Assembly: GCA_028534125.1 (NCBI GenBank)
Contig: CM052818.1
Coordinates: 20,772,001 to 20,836,000 of the forward strand
Direction of reading: 5' to 3'
DNA: 64,000 nt
From: Lama glama
Lineage: Eukaryota
The notes under the pieces were generated by a model. The model ran no database searches, was not told where the DNA came from, and was given only the letters and a program-made list of their open reading frames with translations. Both the position numbers and the translations under genes were made by a program. This document shows positions 26,111 through 39,388 of this stretch, one piece after another (the first letter of the stretch is position 1; each line of letters opens with the position of its first letter).

Positions 26111-27264
26111 TTTTAGTTGTTTTCTTTTAACCATTTATTTTGTGAAATTGTAATGTGTCTTGTATACTTGTACACTAAATACTGACACATTAATTATGCT
26201 TTTATTATTTACATATATATATATGTACTCCTGTAAGCAGATCAAACAGTATAGAATAATCTAAAGAGCAATGTAGAAAATTATCTGTATTCCAGTATTC
26301 AAAGGACACATTGTTATTTTTAACATGATTTCATATATATCTATGATGTGTATGTATATAGGTGTGATATACAATTTAACATTAATGAATACCTATCTTT
26401 TCCCCCACTCTTTTGATGTGTTATAGATAAATATAATTCTTTAAGGATTCTTTATCATTTTTAAGGACTGCTGAATGGTATTTTATTGCATGTGCATATA
26501 TTATGGTACTTTTATAGAATATGGATTTTTCTTTCCAGGGATATTATTAAGCACATGTGAAAACAACTCTAACTACTGGTTATCCGTAGTATTTGTTTTT
26601 GAAAAAGAATAGTATACTGTCTTATACTTTTATTTATGTATTTTGGTGTCTACCTTGCTCCCTTCCTAAGTGTAAAAGATTCGCATTTTAACTCTTGGTA
26701 CAATCTGTATATTTAGTAGTCTATCGCAAATCCTCTTTTCGAATTGAACACGCTAAGTTCTGGCACTTTCAAATGAGCTTGTTAGATCTCTCCCTTTCCT
26801 TTTCCCTGTGTTTAGAGTCAAGGCTGAGTGCTTGATTAGGAGTGTTTTTTGAATGGAGGAAAAGATAGGCAACAAAGAGGACGAGACGAGGTTTGCTAAA
26901 GAACATCACAGTCACACCCATGTATTTCCTGTAGAGTATGTCTCTGGGGCTTGTCATGGAGCGAATTGACCAGCACTCACAGTGATTGTGAAAAGGTGAT
27001 TTTATGGTCTGCCTCTTGATGATATATTTTAAAAAATTGGTGATGATGGTTTTTCTGAATATAGAGATGACTTAGAAATATCACACTACTTAAGTGATGT
27101 TTCATGTCTTTCTCGGCTGCTGATTTTCCTTCTTCACATAATTTATTGGTTTTTGTACCTACCCTTTTATGGCAATAATTGGATTGGCTATAGGAGAAGT
27201 AAGTATCACAATGATTGTGAGGGGTTGTGCTGGTAGTGGAGTTACTGCCTCATTAGTAGGTGGT

Positions 27265-27700
27265 ATATATAGTGCTAAGTTATAGGAGCACAGACTTCAC
27301 AATCATATATTTCTGAGTTCAAACCTCAGCTCTGCCCCTTGCTAGCTGTCTGACTTTGGACAAGTTTCTTAATCTTTCCAAGCTTCAGTTTTCTACTTAG
27401 TAAAATGGGAATAATAATACCTGCTTCTCAGGAATATGAAGACTGATGAGATAGCTGTACTGTGCTAAGTATAATACGTAGCTGAAATAGTGGTTAAGAA
27501 TATGGGTTCTTGAGTCAGACTATCTGTGATCATATTGTAACTCTGCCCTTACTAGTTGCATAACCGTCAGCAAATTAGCTAAGTACCTAGGTTTTCTCAG
27601 TTGTTATGTGGGATAACGGGGTGGTTGTGAAGATTAAAGAAATTAATACAGATGTAGCAGAACAGTGTCTCACCCCGTAAATGCTAACACTTGGTAGCTA
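27265..27700 (+). mobile_element. Two tandem MIR SINEs
   Basis: ctgagttcaaacctcagctctgccccttgctagctgtctgactttggacaagtttcttaatc...gtaaaatgggaataataatacct; second copy gagtcagact...ctctgcccttactagttg...ggttgtgaagattaaa. Confidence 0.85.
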
Positions 27701-28959
27701 ATAAGCAGTCTTCTTTCATTCTGAAGGGGCTTTACACTTTGTCCAGTAGGATATAATTTCATCTGCTATCTTGCTTCCAGATTCTCACTGAATTTACTAT
27801 TCCTGAGCTTGAGGCACTATTAGTTTCCAAGTGTCTGAGTCATATTGCTTTTAGAGGTATGTTTTCTCATAAGATTCAGAAATTCCTTTTAAAATTAAAG
27901 CATGACATCCAGTGATTAAAGTACTGAATAAGAATATTCAGAATAAGATAAAAAATATGGTTTGTCATAGCTGTTCATAATCTAAGACAGACTTTGAATT
28001 TTGATTGAAGATGCTTTTGAAATTGTACTATAGAATTTGAAGATGTAAGGAAGTTGTCAGTAATTTTTAAAGTGGTTAAAATGAGAATTTGAACACTTTA
28101 AAAAGCATTTGTTCCACAGAGACTGTGATGAAAATAGATATTTCCTCTGGAAACCCTGAGTCAGACTCTTCATTGATGTCCATAATGATGGGACCAGATG
28201 GTTCCAGTACCCCTCGCCCCATTCCCATTTTATTCTTGCTGAGAACGGTCTAGAAGTGTGACATGTATGTTGTCATTTCAATCATGGATTATGTAGGCAT
28301 GTAAGAAGATTATTTTTCTGCCTAATTTTATCTTGAAAGTTAGCTAAACTAAGTCATAGTTAAATTATCTAGTTGGGATTTGGTTTTGAACGCTGTTTTT
28401 GCACTTTTAGAAATAATGTGTGGCAGTAATCTTTGCTTCTTTTCTTTCATAGGTGAGTTGGCAGATAACTGTTACTTCTTGTATCTGTTTTTTGTTGCGC
28501 TTCATACCCATTTGCTAGTGAAGTTGTGTTTGTATTACTTAGTACTGCTGGGTTACCTAGGATGCTGCCTTTCCGCAGTAAATTAGCCCTGCTTGTGCAC
28601 TTTATCAGTAGGCCACTGCTTCATGGAATGTGATTTCATAATCTGGCAGCTGTGAAAAATGAAGTTTCAGGAGTTAATACTCTTAGTAAGAATTAGAAAT
28701 AGATTGTTTTTTGTAAAAAAAAAAAAAAAAACGGGTGGGGTGGTCACTCCACTCAAAAATCGGGAACCTTGCCTTCAAATATTGACTTTAGGAGTTTTAC
28801 TTGGGAAATATTTTTACTTTATAGTAAATCACTTTTTGTTGTAGTATGTCTTTCTAACTTAAATCATGATATATTTTTCATAGAGGTGAATAAAACTAGA
28901 TTTTAATAAGTTCTTTGATTCAAAATGTTTCATAATAATATCCTACGTGTTTACTACTG

Positions 28960-29130
28960 CTTATCAAGTGCCTTTACACCTCTTCTTATCTCTCTTCGCA
29001 GTAACCACCTGGTTTTATTACTCACATTTTACAGGTTTGAAAACTGAAGTGCAGTTTCATGGATTAAAGCATCAGTGAGATGGGGACCCAACTCCAGCTT
29101 ATCTAAGCTTAAATCTCTTGCTATTCCAGC
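28960..29130 (-). mobile_element. MIR fragment
   Basis: ttattactcacattttacaggtttgaaaactgaag is the MIR core in reverse. Confidence 0.65.
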
Positions 29131-29994
29131 ACAGATTCCTGGAAAAAACTATTGTTTAAATTATAGTAGATGTTCCCAGAAAGTTTGACTTAAGGAAAAA
29201 AACTTGCCTATTGTTTAACACTCTTAATTTTACCCTTACTTTTAACTGTTCATTGGAAGGTGATGGAGACAATAGCAAAAAACTTCTTAACAAGACTGAT
29301 TTATACTCAGATTAATCCACTTTCATCTGTTTTTTAGCATTAAGGAATTTCCCTAAGTCATACGTGATACACTATAGGTGTCAGAACACCCTTAAAAGGT
29401 CTAGCCTAACCCCTCACTTTTCAGAAGGGACCTGAGGCTCAGTGCTCAAGCCAGCCAGATTCTGTCCTTTGTGGGCCCTAAAACTCTTTCAGATAATTTT
29501 TTTTTTGTTAAGGTAGTGAAATGCAACACCTCTTTTGAATTTTCCACCTTCTTCAACTTTTAAATGTTTTTAAATTTATCATAAACTAAATTTGTCTCAA
29601 TGCTAAGTTGAAACTAATTAACTGTCTCATTAACTGGTCAGGTTTTGTTTTTGTTTTTGTTTTTTTTTTTTTTTTTGTAAGGGAGCATTCTGGAGGAGTA
29701 GAACTTCCAGAGGGTAAACCAGCCCTTGTCATGTAACTAGACTACAGACTAGTTCTCATCAGTACTCTGTTTTTGAGCCTGAAATCTCAGCAGATGACAG
29801 GAAGTAGTCACTGAGGGATCACCTTTGGCCTAACATAGTTTTACATGATGAAGAAAGTGGAGGAAGAAGGAGAAGATGTCACTGCCACTCCTGTGGTTGT
29901 GACCTTGCTGGAGCAATGGGTTAAATGTTGTAGAAAGAACAGTGGCATGACCAGGAAGGAAAGAGCTTGGAGGTGGAGCTTGATTTCTTGCTTT

Positions 29995-30490
29995 TGTAGG
30001 GGAGGAAAAACTTTTCCTTGACTCTCTTAAGGTCCTTGACTGGGCCTGAAAATGAAACCGACAAAGACAGATTATCAGAGAAAAGCATAGAAGTTTATTT
30101 AATTATGTTTTACATGACAAAAGAGCCCTCATAATGAAATGAAGATCCAAAGAAATGGTTAAGCCTGAACATTTTTATAGTAGGGTTGATGAAGAGTAGA
30201 AAGTGTGGAAAAACATGGTAGAGGACATAAAGGACATGAGCTACAGGTAGTAAGCTGGGGGAAACTAGCAAGGCCTGTGCTGTCGGATTTTTCTCAGCAT
30301 TGCTCTGTCTTTGGAGGTAAGGATGCTCCTTTACTTCCAAGTGTAAGGAGGGCATCTCTCATATGAGAGTCTTACGAAGGAGGAGGTCAGAGAGTCCTTC
30401 CTGTACCTGTCATTTCTCAGATGCCTGTAGCTTAAAATAATCATTCTGTCAAAGTGGCATATTTTTGGATGACATACCCTGATTCCCTTT
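29995..30490 (-). mobile_element. ERV1 solo LTR (MER34/MER39-like)
   Basis: tgtaggggaggaaaaacttttcct...aagacagattatcagagaaaagcata...ggtcagagagtccttcctg...cttaaaataatcattctgtcaaagtggcatattt. Confidence 0.8.
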
Positions 30491-33400
30491 TTTTCTGATT
30501 TTGCTTCCCATTAGCTGAGAGACTGTACTCCAAGAGTAATTTGTGAGTAGTTACTGTATTCTTGCTTGGTCCTTCTCAGGGTGAGGTTTTTTACCTTTTC
30601 CCACTTCCCTTGGGAACATAAACCAAATGTAGATTAAAGGGGATGGACCTATCTTTCCTCTAACAGTAGAACAGAGAGGTCCATGTTTTGTAATTAACAT
30701 AGGTGTGAAACAAGCTTAAAATGCATTTAAAATGGAATTTGACTTATGAAAATTCAGGTTAAGAATATTTTAGTCCACCTACACATAAAGCAGAATTGTT
30801 TTTGTTTGTTTGTTTGTTATTGTTGTTCAAAGCCTCAGTTTGTTGTCACTGAAAATAGTAGAAACTTAGATTTATGCTCTTGGTATAAATGCCTAAATTT
30901 GGTGTGCCAGAAAATTGTATTAGTCTTTAAAATTAAAAAAAAAAAACCTCTCCTCAACAGATAAGTATAATTAAGTTTGTTGATGGTATTATTCTTTATA
31001 GATTTAGGTTTTCTTTACATTGGGTTAAGTGGTGGTTATTCTTCCTGAATAGGCAAGAGTGAAAGTTTCCAAGTCCAGAATTGTAGTTAGTAAATAGGGC
31101 TCAGGAAATTAAATATATCTCAGATCATGCAAATGTATGTAAACTAAGGAAGTATAGTCTATAGATAGAGAACTTGGGGAAATGAGAGTCAATTACATGA
31201 AAATTTTCTTTTCCTTGCTTTAAACAGCCTTCAGGTTTAGAGACATACTTAGAAAAACAATGTTTTAACCACGAAAACCCCTTTTTCAAGACTCAGGTCT
31301 CGACAGAAGCATGTGGGTCTGTGCACCACTTTGTATAAGAGATGGATGATAGTGACAGGGGAGGAGAGAAAGGATTCAAATGTATTTCAGCTGCTTTGCA
31401 AGGTAAGCGCAAAGCAAAGAAAATAGCCATGCTGTGTGTCTCAGAGGGCCCTTGTGTAGGTATTTTAACTTGAAAGGGGATTAGCATTGGAAGTCTGTGA
31501 TCATGTCAAACATCTGTAATTGAAGGTGGCTGTTGAAAATAACTCTTAACATAACTGGATTCTAGCAGTCTTGTTGATGATGAGGTAAGGGAAGTGAATA
31601 GGAAATGATCTCTTTGTCATCGCTTGAGCCACAAAGCCAAGAAATTTAGTGTCTGGGAATGGAGACTTAAAAAAGCAACAACATTGGAAAATGTTTGATA
31701 ATTCAAATCACAGAGGCTTTTTGTGGAAAGTGCAGACGGACTATATACATGGAAATATATATATCGTTGAATTTTTGCTTTTAATTTTGTCCCTTGCCAC
31801 AGTTAAAGTTGAATCTTTTGATTACTTTAGTAGCCACAGGTCATATGACTTTTGCCAAACTGTAAGCCTAGGTAACTTAAATACATGCTTCATGTAAACA
31901 GTCTTATTCTGTGAGCTTGTTTGTCTTGTTGCTTGTAATTCTGTCCTTTGAAACCAAGTTTTAGAACTTTGTGGAGGAAGTTTGTGGACAACCAATAGGT
32001 CTTTCTAGTAGATGAACATAACTCACTTCTGTGGGTAAATTACGAATGTACTATATTTAAAAAAATGTACTATATAAATTCATCGGGATTATCAGGTGAA
32101 AAAGATACAGTATGATTTGGCTGCCAGAGAACATCTATTACTGGTGCACACTTCATGCTGCTAATGAATGAAGACTTCAGCAAGGTAGTCTCTGAGTGAT
32201 ATGTAGCTTTTGGGAAAAAAAACAAGTGAACAGGAAGTTTTTCTTAGACAATTTTAATAGAGAAACATTAAATGATTTGTGGTGGATTTTATTTTCTTGA
32301 AGCACCTTCTACAACCTGAAATTCAGTCATATATTGTGCTAAGGGATGGGTGCACTGACCTTGTCAAAAGAGTGAGCAAGGATTTCATTTGACTTTGATT
32401 TGTTAGTTCCCAATACTCATGTTTATCTGGATCCCTAACCTTGGCTTTTTATAACTCTGTAATCCTAGGCAGTCATTCACTATGAAAACACTTGTGTTTC
32501 TCTTTTTTCTTTGTATTTGTTCATTTAAAAAGCTTTCCAAAAGGAATTGCAGCGTGCATGTGATTATAGCTATCAGCACTTAAAGTAACTGCTGAGATGA
32601 AACTTTTCTTTTTGGGCCCTGCTAATTTCAGATATCAATAGAAAAAGAAAATTTTTTCCCCATTAAAAGACCCGACTTTACTAATTGGCAGTTGCTTTTT
32701 GGGTTGAGCTTGATTCCTGAGAGACAGCATTTGATAGACTAATTTTTGATGTTTTAATTTGACAAGAAACAATTCCGGAAAACGACTTGGGCATGTGCCC
32801 GAAGTGACGTCTTCTTTTGCTGGGATTGTGATGCTCAGTGCAGGGAGTGCCTTTGAATGTCTGCAGCACTTTGTAAGCCCTGTGATCCATTTAATATGAT
32901 AGTTCAAGATCCTTGGCAGGTGTTTTCATAGGAGCTTCACCTAAAATACTCTTACATGGCTGAAAGGCCTTTGTCCTATAGATATTAGGATGTGGGGTTA
33001 ATGCAGTAAATACTGATCTTTGTGACACAAAGTGTTCCATAAGGACAGTAAATTTAAGTATAAAATGTGTAAGTTTTTCTTGCCTCTGTTCTTTGGTTAT
33101 GTTATAGTCTGCATCTTTCTAACTCAGAAGTATTATTTGCTTTAAACATTTTTCCCTTGGCATTTGAAAATGGTGGAGTAGAGTAATTTTAGAAACAGGT
33201 CATTTTTTGTGCTGTTGTGTATCTCTCTATATAATGGAAAATGTACATTTTTCAGTGATGAAGTTAAGGCTTGAAAGAAGAATGGCGTTTACACACCATA
33301 CATAAGCATGCGTGCTAGTTTCTTTTTGAAAAATTATCTTAGAAACCTGCGTTTCTCCAACTATGTTGGATACTGTTTAAAGGGCCAAATTGAAACTGAA

Positions 33401-36400
33401 GTGTATGTTTGAAAAGTATCCGCTGACAGAAGCCTGGTTTCTAAGCCTGGGAAATAGGTGAAAGAACAGGAAAGAGTGCTTTTTAGATTCTTCTTTGTGT
33501 GTGTGTGTGTTTCTAATATGTGAGACTTTGTTTTTTAACCCGTAGATAAGGTTGGAAATGGATACTCTCAAACTTGCTCGTGATGGTAGTGATTTATTCC
33601 AGGTGAGGGAAATGCATTCATTTTACTACGAATCTATCCCCCTGAGATTAGGGTGGGTAGATGATTTGGAGAAGTAGACTGCTTATTGGTCAATTGGTTA
33701 CTTTCTGTTACTTCTTTACAAGTCATTATTATTTATATCCTACATAATTTAGTGAAAAATATTTTAGTGAGAAGAAAATGTTTTATAGATTTGCCAGTCA
33801 TATATGTGTATGTGTGTGCTTGCCCACTCTCTCCTGGAAACATTTATCGTCTGTTTTCTTTCCCTACCCTTCCTCCCTTCTTTCTTTCTCTTTTTTCCTC
33901 CTATTTAAATAAGGAAAAAAGAAGAAAAATATCTTTCATATTGTTGTGTAAGAATGCCTATAACTATAAATAATTTGTTTCATGAAGACTTATGATTTAA
34001 ATCATTTTTATGTCTATTTTTGGTGAAATCATTTGTTTATGATATCTAGCAATGCACTGTCTATAATTGCTCATAAAGAAGAAACAGCACTATTCAGTTT
34101 CTCTCTAAGAATAAAAAAGTCAAAGTTACAGTAACATGTGTACACTTGAGTTTGTATGCTAAAATCTTTTTGGTTTTGGTTTTTTTAAGTTTCAAGTGAA
34201 AATGATGTTGGGGTATGACACCAGGTGTGTGATGTGCAACATTAATTACTTTAGAGATTGTAATTTTACTTGTAAGTGTTATAAGTTTGAGTTGTTAAAC
34301 TAAAAATTAACAGGAAAAAGTCACTGGAGCCCTTTGTTATAAAATATATTTTCAGAACAACATGAAGTCATTTAAAATTTATTTTGGAATGGAGACTTCA
34401 TACTTAAAACAAACTTAGGGGAAATAAAATAATTTTAAAAGTTCTTTCAGCCATTGTGCACAGTTACAGTTGGATGTGATTGCCAGCACTGAGGAATCAG
34501 GAAGTCTGTAGTTTAAATTCTTCAGGATCAGATTATATCGCACATTTTCTTTACACATGGTGTTAAGTACATATTAAGTGACCGCTATAACTTTCTTTTC
34601 CTTTCTTACCTTTGGGAATCTCAAGAACACAGCTTTAACTTTCTTCTTATTTGTGTTATTTTTATGTTTGTTTTTAATCTTCAAGACTTTATACCTTTAA
34701 GTTATAGTGTGACTAAGTATCTGAAGAACCTTCTAACTTTCTTTAGTATATTGTGTTTTAAAAATTATATAAATATCTACTGACCAGGTTTTAAGAATTT
34801 GGAGCAGGAAACTTTATGAAGGAATAGGGGAGATGTCATTACTTTCAGGTAAGATTAGACCAGGAGGTTATGTTTTTTCACTTGTTAGTTTTAGGATCCT
34901 TTTCCCTCTGCTTATGATTTTATCTTCACATTGAGCATTGTTGAGATAAAGTATACTTGCCAAAAATAAGTCCCAACAATTAAGATTTAAAATTACCAGG
35001 TATACTAAAAGAGACATTAGAAGATTTTCATGATCTGAAGGGAGAATTGATTATGTTTTAGAGAGTGTTTAGTGACTTTAATAAGCATGAGCTTAATTAA
35101 GAGGTTGCACTGTTATTAGCTAACTAACCCTTAAGCACCCCAGTTTGTGCTCTTGCTTTTTTGTGGAGTGAAAAAAACTAATGACTTAGGAGGACTGTTT
35201 ATAGTGACATTGAAAATAATGAGATACCTGTTTCTGGTTTGTCCTAGTTCTGCTTTTATTTCAGTTGAAGTATATACTAAATCTGATTCCAGTGCAAAGT
35301 TTATCTATTTCATGTGTCTGTTTATCATTTGCATGATTTTGAGCAATAAACATTCCTTGACAACAACATCACACTTTGTTTTTACCAACACTCATCTTTA
35401 CTCCAAACATGAACACAAATTGGTTTTTATCCATGTTAATGAGAAAAACAAATCCTTCTATTTCAATGGGAAGCAGAAAAATGAGATGCTGGAAAGTCTG
35501 GAATCAATTAAGTTAGCAAAGTGTGTAGGAAAAAGACAGCAGACATGGAAAATAATCATATCAAAATGACTTATTTTATAGGAATAGAAACCTGCAGATT
35601 AAATGGTGAATAAGAAATCAATTTCTTTGTAATTATTTAAAAACTTTATTTTTATTTATTTAATACATTTAATTTTTCAAACTATAGAATATATATGTGA
35701 GGGTACTCTTAGTCCTTTATGTGAATGTGGGTCTGTGTTAATTGGTATGTACTTTTATCCTTTCTGGGCTGTATATGTTAATCAACCTTAGAGTAAGTTC
35801 TGATACTATGAAGATGAGAAATTGCTTGAGCCAACGGCACAGAGTTGAAGAATAGTACCTGCTAGTTGCTTAGAATGCAAGACAAGATAATGTCACCAGC
35901 AAATTGTTTTAATTTGAAAATAAGCACAAATGTGTGGCAAATAAATACATTTCAGTGGTGGAGCTGCAGGAAGTAAAAATGTTGAGGAAGAAACCAATTT
36001 CTTTGTGCAACAATTAGAAGATCATGCTTGTTCTTTACGCTTCCACAGGTCCTCACTTTGACGTTATCTTATTTTGAAATGCTATTAACTTGAATCCAAG
36101 TGAAGTCCTAGATCTTATTTGTACTTTGTCTTTTGAAATATGGAAGGAAATCGAGTGTTTTGAATTATCACTCCTTGGCCCTGTGTTCCCTTTGCATATT
36201 CCAATAGAGTATAAAAACCTAAATGATACTGAATTTTCTTTTCCATGAGTGGTTGTATCATTAACTGTGTACTGCTCATCTGAGTGAATCCTAGTTTGTT
36301 TAGTTTCTGATGTGTCTGACCAGGTGACTTGACAGTGACTGCTTCTCCCTAAACAAGTAACTTGTTTTTATCCTTCTCCAGCATCTCCTGCTTTGAGTTT

Positions 36401-39388
36401 TCATCAGAAATCATTACTGTTTCTTAGACTCAGATCTGAGGGGAAATAAAGTAGACCATCATGCCAATTATATTAACCTCTGGGGACAAAAATGCTTATT
36501 GACTGACTTTCATAAACAACTTTCAAAAGGCTCCAAAGCTTTTTAAATTACTGGGAAAACCTGTGAAAAGATGATTGGGAGGCAAGACATGGGCAGAGGG
36601 TAGATATCTGGCCAAATAGTCCAGAGACCAGTTTTTCCTTTTTTAAGTCTTAGTTTCAGATGATCTTGATAGAGTTTTGTTTAATTCTTTTTTCTTTCTT
36701 ACCCCACTGGTAAAATGAAAAGGATACTTCCCTGACTTCCTTGTACGAGTTAGTAGCTCTTAAAGCACTTTCAGAAAGCTATAAATATTATGTAAATGCA
36801 GGAGATTCATATTATTGACTTCAGATTAACTGAAAATGACCTTGAGGAAATAATACTCACTTGTAGACCAAGCAAAGAATTCTGTGGCCATTTTTTATCT
36901 CTGCATTGAAGGATCTAGTTTGACCAAATTGTCAGGCAGGGTATGGACAGGTGCCGCTGCACTCAGCTCTCTTCCCTTTTGTGAGAGCCTTGAGTTGAAT
37001 GTTTCTCTGGGCAGCTGATCTTTGGCACCACAGCTTTGTTCTGAGAGTGGCATCTGGCACTAGATTGATTTAACCGAGTCTGAGGTTTGCTCTTTTCACA
37101 ATGTGCTCTCTAGGCAGCTTCTGTGTGGCTCTGACATGACCACATGCTGCTGGTGCTTTTCCTGCCTTCTAGCACCACACATGAGGCTAAGGCATTCTGA
37201 CACCTGCCATTTGGAACCTTTACTTATTGAAAAATGTCAAGATTTTCAGACAAGATGAAGACAGATATAACTGATCATTGTTCCCTTTCTCGGGTATAGG
37301 CTGAAGGCATTTGTTCATAGATGGATGAATTGCTGAAGTGGTATGGTTCTGTTAGTTTGGAGACAGGCATGCAGATTTTGTACAGAAGAGTCAAATGTGT
37401 TTGTTTATGTGTTGATTCTCCTTTGTACCTGTTTGGTGTGATACTGATTTACTGTTTGTATAAGCAAAGGTTTTAGTGATTGTTTTTTGGATTTCACTGG
37501 ATAAATGGTGAGAGTTGGGGGCAGGGAGCAGTTCTCCTTGCTCCTTAATTGTTATTAAGAACTTCATAGGAAACTGCAGATTTTTGAGGATGGGATTCTT
37601 GTTATGATCATATTGTCATACAGATGCACACACTGATGGCTGTTGAATTTTAAAGGGCCTCCTGTTTGAGGTCTTCGCTACTGCTTCTTCCCTTTCTTTT
37701 CTTTTCTTTTTTTTCCCATTTAACCTTAGTGTTCTGAGACCAGAGGTCTGATTGATAAATAAGAATAGGAAAAGTAGTATAACCTGATGAGTTTGTTCCT
37801 CCTAATAAGTGGTGTCTAACTGATTAAGGAAGGGACTTGAACTTTGGTATAAAATGAAGGCTTAAAAAACTATTATTATCTTGCTTATTCTTACCTTTCA
37901 ATCTTATGGATAAATTTTAATTGGCTATATGCTCTTGACTAAATTCTTTATTTCTTGTATCTTGATCTTCATCTTGGATCTCAAGTCCAGTAATATCACA
38001 GAGATGGGGATAGGTTAATTTGGTATAATATGAGAATAATGTTCTAATGACTTTAGTTATTTTGAATTGTATAAAATTTTAAAAGTTTGGATGAGATGTT
38101 CTGTGAGTTTTTATCTAGGAGCCAGACCATGTTGAGAGACTGGATCGCTTATGAAACTATATTCTCTGACACCTCTTTGGACAAAGTGTTTTTAAGTGGC
38201 TTTGGGTGGCTCAGTGAAAAAGAAGAATAAGTATTGGCCAACAGGCTTGTCCCTTGTATTGTAGTTTATGAAGGCTATTAGAATAATAAAATCGATCTCC
38301 AGCAATTGAAAGGCAATGAGGACTATGGCTTTTAGGAAAGGAGTGGCTTTTATGTTATGAATAGGGTCCATGAATTAGAACATAAATATTTGAAAACATT
38401 TTACAGTGAAAGCCTGGCAGTGCTTCAGTAAACAGAGCTTCTTGCTTTGTGTCCTAGGTTGACTTGAATTATATAAAGAAGGATTCTTGTTGCAAATTTA
38501 AATGGATTTTTTAAAACTTTTAACTGGATCCTTCCTATTATTATAGTTTTTCCATAAAATCACAGAATCTGTGTCTTAGGTCATGGTTATAGAAATAGTG
38601 TTCACATAAGCTTCCTTATCTTATGATTTGCTTTTTGGACATGGATAATCATCAAAGAGTCAGCATGTAGTAATTTGGGTTTCACCATGGAAATGAATCA
38701 CCCTAATATTTCTTCTACCTGAATTAAACATATTTTATACATTCCTGAAGTATGTTTTATACATTTGAAAGTTGTAGTCTTAGATAAGATTTGAATTTTA
38801 GCTGCCATCTTTGGCTCCTCTTAATTCAAGGTACGAAGATAGGGCTATACTGGTATATGTATTATATTATGATGCCTTGACATCAAGACTAATAAAAATA
38901 GACAAAAATATCAAAATAAATCAAATGTGTCTTTCAGGTAATATGCTCTTTTTCTATAATCTCTACCATGGTACACTATTTATCTTTATTCCCATTAATT
39001 TGTAAAATGGACATATTTCTTATATCCTTAAGCATGGTGTCAAAAGCCATAGGACTGACCAGTGATTGTGAAAGCAGTGACTCAGAGTTCTATGTTCTTT
39101 AGTGCCAGCATGCCATCCAGTGTTCCCAGGCGATAGCTCAGACTCATCTGCAGCTGAATTTAATCATTCCATAATGTAGTAAAGCCAGTTAGCTGCAAGT
39201 TCTCTTTTCCTTTTCTCCTAAAAAGAATAAATATGTTTAGGATGTTCGTTATGATAGGCTTTGCTAAAACAAAACAAAAAAGCAGATACTACAAGTGACA
39301 TTTACATATTGCTTATGTGAGTGGAACCATTAAGTTTTTACATTTTTCAAAGGTGTCATATTTCTTTTGATTTTTTGAGGTTTTAGAA

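Noticed and set aside
35147..35569. Longest ORF (140 aa) as a gene or Tigger transposase
   Set aside because: Non-ATG start and no splice support. Its end faintly recalls a Tigger N-terminus, but too weakly to call without an HMM search.
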